A stretch of DNA of 64,000 bases from the human T2T-CHM13v2.0 reference genome, Homo sapiens: the NCBI RefSeq assembly GCF_009914755.1, contig NC_060944.1, one strand, 5' to 3'. The translations under genes and the position numbers were made by a program. The notes under the pieces are model-generated. The model did not search any database. It was not told the origin of the DNA and was given only the letters and a program-made list of their open reading frames with translations. Below, in pieces: positions 1 to 64,000 of this stretch (positions are counted from its first letter, which is position 1; each line of letters begins with the position of its first letter).

Positions 1-32
1 GGATGAGGAAGCAAAAGAAAAATAAATAAGTA

Positions 33-320
33 GGCCAGGCGCGGCGGCTCACGCCTGTAATCCCAGCACTTTGGGAGGCTGAGGCCGGTGGATCATGAGG
101 TCAGGAGTTCAAGACCAGCCTTTCCAAGATGGTGAAACCCCGTCTCTACTAAAAATATAAAAATTAGCTGGGCGTGGTGGTGGGTGCCTGTAATCCCAGC
201 TACTCGGGAGGCTGAGGCAGGAGAATCGCTTGAACCTGGGAGGCGGAGGTTGCACTGAGATTGCGCTACTGCACTCTAGCCTGGGCGACAGAGCAAGACT
301 CTGTCTTAAAAAAAAAAAAA
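33..320 (+). mobile_element. Alu (AluS-like)
   Basis: GGCCAGGCGCGGCGGCTCACGCC start, dimer, A-tail. Confidence 0.95.
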
Positions 321-2278
321 AATTAAAAAAAATTTTCTTTTCTTTCCCCTCCTACTTATCTCCTCACAGCTCTTAACTTCCTTACCAGCATTGAAAGAAA
401 CAAAGGTAGGAGGAGATACTAACTGGAAGAGTCATCCACTTGAGGAGGAAGCTTTTATAACAGTTCCACGTTATAAAAGCTCTTCCCTGCCTTCCCCTGT
501 CCTTTACACACGTTATATTTGTCTTCAGTCCTTTCTCCGTGGTACCAGTTCTCTTGGAGCTCCTCTTATTTTATTAGTAAGGGTATGAATGACGGATTGA
601 AAGAAAGAAGATTAAGAAACTTTTTGATATTTTTAGGGTAGAGAAAAAAACCTTGTAAGATTAAGCCCTTGTGTTAACTAGTAGTGGTTATTTTCTAAGT
701 TGTCTGATTAGGAATTTGAGAATTTGGAATTTCAGTTTTGGGTAGAACTTTTATGTATGACTGTCTCATTCTTCCCAAGAACTTGTTTTTTCTGATTGAC
801 TTGAGCAGTCTCTGCTTTTGCATAGTGCTTGAAGCAGTTTTTAATAAACCAGTTCAGATCCATAGCTCTTTGAAAAAATTTCCATAAGTTACTGTGATTC
901 TCAAGAAATACACCAAACCTCTCTCTAATTAGTGTATTTAATCATACCTTGTATAAGTTAGGGAAACAAGCCTGACAGATAAACTAAATTGCTGCTGGGA
1001 TAGTCAAGTGGCTCCACCATTTAATGATAGCAAACCAAAGAATAACAATACTTGACTGACCATTTTAAGGTATAGTTTGTATATGTCGATCTCAAATTTT
1101 CCTTTTGCTGTGTGAGCCATTGACCATCTCAAGTGGAAGTAAGGGTTATGGGTAATATTAGACCACCACGAAGGGCAGTTTAGTGACATCGGTGGGTAAT
1201 GGTTAGGTAAGGTACTTGAGGGGAGCATTAGTATCTGCTGAGCTTGAGCAACTCCTTGCCTCTGTCCCTAATACTGCATGCCCCTAAACTATGGCTGTCA
1301 TAACCTCTCAGTGTTCTTACTGATAAGCTGAGAAATTTTCTGGCTAACTGGTTGGCTATAGTGTGATTCAGTAGTACAAATGGCTTGTTTTGGTGGTGGT
1401 GGGGAATAAAATGCCCAAGAAACATTTGATACATATTTTGTTGGTTATGAAGTCTGAAAAAATATTGTAGTTCCAGCTCTGCCATCCAGAATCTGTGTGT
1501 GCTCTAGTGGAAAGTTAGCCATTTCCTTATCTGTAAAATGGGACTATTATAGTAATACATACTCTGGAGGGTCATGGTAAATAAATTACAGTATATATGA
1601 GATGTCTAGTATTGTACTACCACAAAATTATCTCCTTATTTCTCCCTTATTAATTTAGGAAAAGTAAAATATTTTAGTTGGTTTCTATGTCAATTTAGAT
1701 TTACTGGATAACCCATCTGCTATTTTGGCACACTATAGCTTTTTTTAGGTCCCTCAAAATAACTTCTTGCTTGCCTAATGAACACTGGTAGTGTTGATTG
1801 ATATCTTTTCCTTTTGGACAGGGCGTAGTTCCTGTATCCTTGTCCATTTAGCTAATTTGCTGTGTATAATCAAACTTTTTCCCTCCTGTCTTAATCCCAA
1901 ATAACCAAAAGGAAAGCTGATTAGTGCTGCTAAGCCATATACCAAAATTTTCATGGTTTTTGAGCTAGCAGGTATAATTCTTTGCTGCTTTTCAGCTTTA
2001 ATTAGTTAGTTATTCCATGAAAGTTCATTTTCTAACAATTTATTATATATTCTGTTGATGTCTAAGCTTCAACATGTTCCATAGCTTGAATGTTACGTAT
2101 AGAAAGGCCTATAGTATTTATAGGAAACATTCTATCCAGTTGTTGTAAGATACTTGTTCATTTTAAATCTTATCATGGATATACTTTGGACTTTTCCATA
2201 TAATATAGAAATAGCGTTAGATTTTGATAGCATTGAAAGGTATTCTCATTGTTACTATTCTACATTAAAGTAATTGTG

Positions 2279-2591
<313 letters not shown>

Positions 2592-2595
2592 TTAA

Positions 2596-2967
<372 letters not shown>

Positions 2968-3360
2968 TAGTGGAAACATTTTAGATAAGGAAAATAATTG
3001 TAAAAATGGCTCATGGATCTGGATGATAGAGTTTATATTGAAAGATTGACTTGGTTTTAGCCTTTGAATTCTGATAAAATGAGAAGTTCTTCCTTCCAGT
3101 TCTTTTCTGTACTTTGGTGCCAGGGGCTTGAAAAGGCTTCTGAGACTGGATTGTGTATCTTCTTGGAAGTGCATTAGAGGTGCAGTGGAAACTTCAAAAT
3201 ATGGATGCATCTCACAATTGGATGTATGATGTAACTTCAGGAGGACAGATTACTTGGTAGCAAGTATAGGTCCTAATTTCTTTTCTATTCAACTATAAGT
3301 GATAATATCTAATTGTAGGGAGTCAGAATTAAGAAGGGACTCTATGTTAATAGACTGTTC

Positions 3361-6795
<3,435 letters not shown>

Positions 6796-7760
6796 TACTC
6801 TTTTTAAATATGAAAATTGGAAAATCAAAACCGAACATACCTTTAAGTTTAAAACTCTTTTATTTGAGGATAATTTTAAACTTAAAGCAAGGTTGCAAGA
6901 AAATAGTACAAAGAGTTTTTACGTTTATCTCCCCCCCGGGTCAGGATTCACCTAGTGTCAACTCCCTTCCTCATCCTTGCTCTGCCTGTCCCCATTCCCA
7001 GGTTTATTCACTCACTCATTATATATGCAATTTTTCTTAACCATCTGAGGATAATTTGCATATGTAATAGCCTGTTACCCCAAATATTATACTAAGAATA
7101 TTGGTCTCTTAAATAACCGTCGTTCATTTATCAACTTAAGTGTATTAATATTGACAACATACTTTTATGTCTATTGTCCATATTCTAATTTTGTCAGTTG
7201 ATCCAATAATATTCTTTATAGCATTTTCTTACCCTCTAGCACAGGATTCAGTCTAGGATCAAATATTGCATTTAGTTGTCATTTTCTTATAGCTTCCTTT
7301 AAAATCTGGACTGTTTACAGACTTTCTTTGTCTTTTGTGACATTGACACGTTTGAAAATACAATACCCCTGAGATTGTGTGATCTGACTGTGCCACTACT
7401 AATAATAGTGAGCCACTACTAATAAAGGTTATTTTAAGTCTTTTTCTGTCCTTCATTTAAACTTGTCATGGGGAAAAAACAAATACTTAAATCATCTCAG
7501 CTTTTTAGCCTTTCCATTTTACAACCAAAGTTATAGAATGAATTTTCTTGGTAATTTAATACATATTTAGTGCATCTGTAAAGACAATGTTGCAATCTAG
7601 ATTTTCTGATTTATATTATGATCATGTGATTTTTTAAATTTTTATTTTTTTTGTTTTTTTGCTTTTGATTTTTTTTTTAAAGCTACACATTTGAAGTTTG
7701 ATCAGCATCTTGAGTGAATTTTTTCATTTTTATAAATCTGTCTTCCTTCCTGGTAGCATT

Positions 7761-7774
7761 CTGCCACCTAGTGG
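7761..7774 (-). promoter_or_regulatory. Candidate CTCF-binding motif
   Basis: Reverse complement CCACTAGGTGGCAG matches the CTCF core consensus. Confidence 0.6.
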
Positions 7775-8077
7775 AAATTTATGTCCTCCAGCATACGTCT
7801 CAGAGTTTAGTTGGAATGCAAGATGCATTTTAATATATAAAAATTAGTTTAGAATCGTTGAACTTCTTTGGTTGACATGTAATTCTTTACAACAGTGATC
7901 GTCTTGTTTTAAACAAGAGTTTAGTACAGATAAAATTCTTAGCAAATGAGGGCTTAGTAGATGTCTTAAATCATCTTTCTCAACAAGAAGTACTCTACAT
8001 TTATCTTCTTCATCAATGAAATTTTAACCAAAGCATACTATTTTTCCATCAGTCAAATTTTTTTTTTTTTTTTTGAG

Positions 8078-8378
8078 ACGGAGTCTAGCTCTTGTCACCC
8101 AGGCTGGAGTGCAGTGGTGCCATCTCGGCTCACTGCAACGTCTACCCCTCGGTTCAAGTGATTCTCCTGCCTCAGCCTCCCAAATAACTAGGATTACAGG
8201 CACCTGCCACCATGGCTGGCTAATTTTTTATTTTTAGTAGAGACGGGGTTTCACCATGTTGGCCAGACGGGATTTCACCATGTTGGTCAGGCTGGTCTCA
8301 AACTCCTGACCTCAGGTGATCCACCTGCCTCGACCTCCCAAAGTGCTGGGACTACAGGCATGAGCTACCGCACCCTGC
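8078..8378 (-). mobile_element. Alu with small internal tandem duplication
   Basis: AGACGGG(G/A)TTTCACCATGTTGG occurs twice at ~8242-8290. Confidence 0.9.
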
Positions 8379-8638
8379 AAGATACACATTTTTAGTAGGA
8401 CTTGAGGAACATTTCTGTCTTGGAGTACATACGTTCTGCATAATTCATATTAGAATATGAAATCTGAGGTTGTCTTCAGTATAGTCATTTATGAAAAAGA
8501 ATATTGAGAATTATCTGTTTAGAGAAAGTAGTTCTGAATTAAAAGTTGCAGTCATTCAGTCATATAACACCTTCATAGAGTCATGTATATTTTTTAATGT
8601 ACTTATCTTATTTCTCATTATTCTCTCTTAGTTGCTGA

Positions 8639-39819
<31,181 letters not shown>

Positions 39820-41250
39820 CATCTCTGCACCAGGACCTCTTAAGGAAACCACTGTACAAATGACACTGCACTAGGATTATTGGGAAGGAATCATTGTTCC
39901 AGGCATCCATCTTGGAAGAAAGGACCAGCTTTGAGCTCCATCAAGGGTATTTTAAGTGATGTCATTTGAGCAGGACTGGATTTTAAGCCGAAGGGCAATA
40001 TCTACGTGTTTTTCCCCCCTCCTTCTGCTGTGTATCATGGTGTTCAAAACAGAAATGTTTTTTGGCATTCCACCTCCTAGGGATATAATTCTGGAGACAT
40101 GGAGTGTTACTGATCATAAAACTTTTGTGTCACTTTTTTCTGCCTTGCTAGCCAAAATCTCTTAAATACACGTAGGTGGGCCAGAGAACATTGGAAGAAT
40201 CAAGAGAGATTAGAATATCTGGTTTCTCTAGTTGCAGTATTGGACAAAGAGCATAGTCCCAGCCTTCAGGTGTAGTAGTTCTGTGTTGACCCTTTGTCCA
40301 GTGGAATTGGTGATTCTGAATTGTCCTTTACTAATGGTGTTGAGTTGCTCTGTCCCTATTATTTGCCCTAGGCTTTCTCCTAATGAAGGTTTTCATTTGC
40401 CATTCATGTCCTGTAATACTTCACCTCCAGGAACTGTCATGGATGTCCAAATGGCTTTGCAGAAAGGAAATGAGATGACAGTATTTAATCGCAGCAGTAG
40501 CAAACTTTTCACATGCTAATGTGCAGCTGAGTGCACTTTATTTAAAAAGAATGGATAAATGCAATATTCTTGAGGTCTTGAGGGAATAGTGAAACACATT
40601 CCTGGTTTTTGCCTACACTTACGTGTTAGACAAGAACTATGATTTTTTTTTTTAAAGTACTGGTGTCACCCTTTGCCTATATGGTAGAGCAATAATGCTT
40701 TTTAAAAATAAACTTCTGAAAACCCAAGGCCAGGTACTGCATTCTGAATCAGAATCTCGCAGTGTTTCTGTGAATAGATTTTTTTGTAAATATGACCTTT
40801 AAGATATTGTATTATGTAAAATATGTATATACCTTTTTTTGTAGGTCACAACAACTCATTTTTACAGAGTTTGTGAAGCTAAATATTTAACATTGTTGAT
40901 TTCAGTAAGCTGTGTGGTGAGGCTACCAGTGGAAGAGACATCCCTTGACTTTTGTGGCCTGGGGGAGGGGTAGTGCTCCACAGCTTTTCCTTCCCCACCC
41001 CCCAGCCTTAGATGCCTCGCTCTTTTCAATCTCTTAATCTAAATGCTTTTTAAAGAGATTATTTGTTTAGATGTAGGCATTTTAATTTTTTAAAAATTCC
41101 TCTACCAGAACTAAGCACTTTGTTAATTTGGGGGGAAAGAATAGATATGGGGAAATAAACTTAAAAAAAAATCAGGAATTTAAAAAAACGAGCAATTTGA
41201 AGAGAATCTTTTGGATTTTAAGCAGTCCGAAATAATAGCAATTCATGGGC

Positions 41251-41286
41251 TGTGTGTGTGTGTGTATGTGTGTGTGTGTGTGTGTA
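41251..41286. repeat. (TG)n microsatellite in NCOA3 3' UTR
   Basis: tgtgtgtgtgtgtgtatgtgtgtgtgtgtgtgtgta. Confidence 0.9.
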
Positions 41287-43253
41287 TGTTTAATTATGTT
41301 ACCTTTTCATCCCCTTTAGGAGCGTTTTCAGATTTTGGTTGCTAAGACCTGAATCCCATATTGAGATCTCGAGTAGAATCCTTGGTGTGGTTTCTGGTGT
41401 CTGCTCAGCTGTCCCCTCATTCTACTAATGTGATGCTTTCATTATGTCCCTGTGGATTAGAATAGTGTCAGTTATTTCTTAAGTAACTCAGTACCCAGAA
41501 CAGCCAGTTTTACTGTGATTCAGAGCCACAGTCTAACTGAGCACCTTTTAAACCCCTCCCTCTTCTGCCCCCTACCACTTTTCTGCTGTTGCCTCTCTTT
41601 GACACCTGTTTTAGTCAGTTGGGAGGAAGGGAAAAATCAAGTTTAATTCCCTTTATCTGGGTTAATTCATTTGGTTCAAATAGTTGACGGAATTGGGTTT
41701 CTGAATGTCTGTGAATTTCAGAGGTCTCTGCTAGCCTTGGTATCATTTTCTAGCAATAACTGAGAGCCAGTTAATTTTAAGAATTTCACACATTTAGCCA
41801 ATCTTTCTAGATGTCTCTGAAGGTAAGATCATTTAATATCTTTGATATGCTTACGAGTAAGTGAATCCTGATTATTTCCAGACCCACCACCAGAGTGGAT
41901 CTTATTTTCAAAGCAGTATAGACAATTATGAGTTTGCCCTCTTTCCCCTACCAAGTTCAAAATATATCTAAGAAAGATTGTAAATCCGAAAACTTCCATT
42001 GTAGTGGCCTGTGCTTTTCAGATAGTATACTCTCCTGTTTGGAGACAGAGGAAGAACCAGGTCAGTCTGTCTCTTTTTCAGCTCAATTGTATCTGACCCT
42101 TCTTTAAGTTATGTGTGTGGGGAGAAATAGAATGGTGCTCTTATCTTTCTTGACTTTAAAAAAATTATTAAAAACAAAAAAAAAATAAATTTTTTTGCAA
42201 TCCTTTCCTCAGACCTGGCTCCAGGCTAACTGGAAGGCAGCACTCCCTTTTTTATATAGTAGAAAAATGAAGTTTATTATAAGTTTTTATATTTTCTACT
42301 TGTTCATTTGGTGCAAACTCAAGATTTCTTTTAATAGGTGCAGTCTTTGAGATAATTTGTTTTTACCTGTATTGCCCTTTATCTTTTTTAGGTAATTCTT
42401 TGTACTCCTGCTGTCTACCTCTCCTCACACCCCAGCACCCCCCATTTTTTCAAACCTTGGTATCTGTTGGGTGAACAGTATAATCTTTTCATCTGCTTTT
42501 AGAATGTGGGATATTTCCAGTACCTACTTTTTTTTTTTTTTTTTGCTGAATCCAAAGATATATAAATAAAATATATATATTTTATAAAGATCAGAATGAT
42601 ATAAAGGAGATACATGTTTCTTCCTTTAAAAAATAAACGGAAGTTACATTGTTAATGTTCATATTATGATGCCACTTTTCTAAACTGCATCTGGATTGAA
42701 AGGTGTAAATATCAATAACAGTGCTACTTAGTTATCAGTATTTAATATCTGAGGTGAGTTGGGGGTATCTATATTAGGGGTAGGGTATTACAGAAGATAA
42801 TTGGCTTGATGTCCTAGAAGTTCTTTGATCCAGAGGTGGGTGCAGCTGAAAGTAAACAGAATGGATTGCCAGTTACATGTATGCCTGCCCAGTTCCCTTT
42901 TTATTTGCAGAAGCTGTGAGTTTTGTTCACAATTAGGTTCCTAGGAGCAAAACCTCAAGGATTGATTTATTGTTTTCAACTCCAAGGCACACTGTTAATA
43001 AACGAGCAGGGTGTTTTCTCTCTTCCTTTCTAATATATGGAGTTTCGAAGAATAAAATATGAGAGCAATATTTAAATTCTCAGGAATTGACTTATACTCT
43101 TGAGAATGAATTCAGTTTCAATCAAGTTTACATTATGTTGCTTAAAAAAATAGAAATTATTCTTTATCTTGCAAAGAATTGAAACCACATGAAATGACTT
43201 ATGGGGGATGGTGAGCTGTGACTGCTTTGCTGACCATTTTGGATGTCATTGTA

Positions 43254-43259
43254 AATAAA
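43254..43259 (+). terminator. Probable distal NCOA3 polyadenylation signal
   Basis: AATAAA with a poly-T tract ~30 nt downstream. Confidence 0.7.
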
Positions 43260-43799
43260 GGTTTCTATTTAAAATTGGAGCCTAAAGAGTTTTTTTTTTT
43301 TTTTTTAAATCCCTGTTGGGTTAAGGGTAAAGGAGGTTAAGGAAGCCTATTTCAAATAATGGTAACAGTTTCTGAGAAGTTAAAAAACGCCACTAGGGAG
43401 TTGCTAGGGAGCCTTGGCCTGTTTGGGGCATTGAAACAAATGTGGGTGCTTTTAGGGATTATCTCCGTCATCTGTTAAATGAGAAATGGGTTGGACTGGT
43501 GATTGATAGTTGAAATCTGTCAACTACTTGTATCAGGTTAGACTACCTGATACACAAAGAAGGGTTGGCCAAGGCGAATTTCTTTGCAATTGATTAATAC
43601 TTTTTTAAAAAATGAAGTACCAAAGCTGGTATACTATGAGACTTACCTGTAGTCCCTTGAAGTATGGTAGACTTTTTAGTCAATCTACAACCATCTACTC
43701 CCCTTTTAAGAAAATCTTCTAAACCCAAGGCATTTTCTTCCAAAAAGATGTTGACTGGTAGTATCTTGAATACTTTAAAAAAACAGACACACCAAAAAA

Positions 43800-44760
43800 C
43801 TCCCAAGAAAGAAATGGCCTTTTACAAAATGTCAAAGGTTCTTCATACCAACTGCTGGTCATTGGCTGGGGTTTTGAACACTGTATGACAATACTTAAAC
43901 TACAAAATTTTTTTTACAAATACAGTTTCATCAAAACTTGGGACATACATCAACTTCATTTCTTTTCAGTACCTTAAAAAAAAAACATCAGTTCTGGGAC
44001 ATAACAAAGAAATACTAGGAGAAATGGTATCTGGACAGGAACAGAAATGTCCACAACTGCGAGGGATTTTCTTTTACACTGGCCACAGAGCGTTTATTGA
44101 CACCACCACTCCTGAAAATTGGGATTTCTTATTAGGTTCCCCTAAAAGTTCCCATGTTGATTACATGTAAATAGTCACATATATACAATGAAGGCAGTTT
44201 CTTCAGAGGCAACCAGGGTTTATAGTGCTAGGTAAATGTCATCTCTTTTGTGCTACTGACTCATTGTCAAACGTCTCTGCACTGTTTTCAGCCTCTCCAC
44301 GTTGCCTCTGTCCTGCTTCTTAGTTCCTTCTTTGTGACAAACCAAAAGAATAAGAGGATTTAGAACAGGACTGCTTTTCCCCTATGATTTAAAAATTCCA
44401 ATGACTTTCGCCCTTGGGAGAAATTTCCAAGGAAATCTCTCTCGCTCGCTCTCTCCGTTTTCCTTTGTGAGCTTCTGGGGGAGGGTTAGTGGTGACTTTT
44501 TGATACGAAAAAATGCATTTTGTGCAGCTGGTGAGGTATAATCCAAAGCAAAAGCAGGGGCAAAAATGGACTTCCTGAAGTTATCTCTGCTCCTGCTGGT
44601 TATCCTCCAGAATCTGTCATGTTGACTGAGAGTGCGTGCTTGCTTTCTCAGGCCTCCTGGCCAATAGCACAGGTCTGCTGGAAATCACCCACATGGTTTT
44701 TCATTGCCTGTGCAGTCAGGTGATGCCTCTATGTTTTTGGAGGTCCACCTCTGTTGTTTC
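43800..44760 (-). other. SULF2: SULF2 3' UTR (distal end approximate)
   Basis: Follows the stop codon; AATAAA on - strand at 44093-44098. Confidence 0.7.
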
Positions 44761-63795
<19,035 letters not shown>

Positions 63796-64000
63796 CTATG
63801 GGGCAGAGAGCAGGAGCCGCGGGGCCGGCCTCTCAGCTCTGGAGGAGCCCCGGAGGCATGTGTGCCCACCTAGAGGGGTGCCCCCTCGGCTCCGGCTTTT
63901 CCTCACAGTGGAGGGCGCAGGGCCACCTGCCCGGGTCTTCTGATGTTTAGGAAACTTAAGACATTGGAATTTTATAAGAAACTTCCCAAATTGCATGAGT

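Larger units (their letters stand above)
39820..43280 (+). other. NCOA3: NCOA3 3' UTR (~3.45 kb, Alu-free)
   Basis: AT-rich sequence after the stop, ending at AATAAA 43254-43259 followed by a T-rich downstream element; 3' end approximate. Confidence 0.8.

Overview
Human (primate) genomic DNA from the NCOA3/SULF2 locus, recognised from the encoded proteins. The + strand carries the complete coding region of NCOA3 (SRC-3/AIB1/ACTR). It has 21 coding exons from ATG 8651 to TGA 39819, which I spliced by hand into an open 4266-nt CDS (1421 aa, 26-Gln allele), followed by a ~3.45-kb 3' UTR. The - strand carries the 3' half of SULF2: 12 coding exons from 63795 down to TAA 44761, converging tail-to-tail on NCOA3. 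Introns are dense in Alus and also hold a solo HERV-H LTR7, several MER/MLT/L1 relics and a full-length RPS3A processed pseudogene. The most unusual structures are: (1) a near-perfect 3x172-bp tandem repeat that copies the 3' end of a SULF2 coding exon together with its 5' splice site, giving three identical competing donors; (2) a fold-back inverted duplication inside the RPS3A pseudogene; (3) a composite AluY + chimeric Alu enclosed by one 14-bp TSD; (4) a G-rich VNTR grown inside an L1 3' end; (5) inverted Alus bracketing NCOA3 exon 4, exons 4-9 and the polyQ exon. Exon numbers follow the usual transcript numbering from memory. Repeat subfamily names are by-eye calls and repeat boundaries are approximate.
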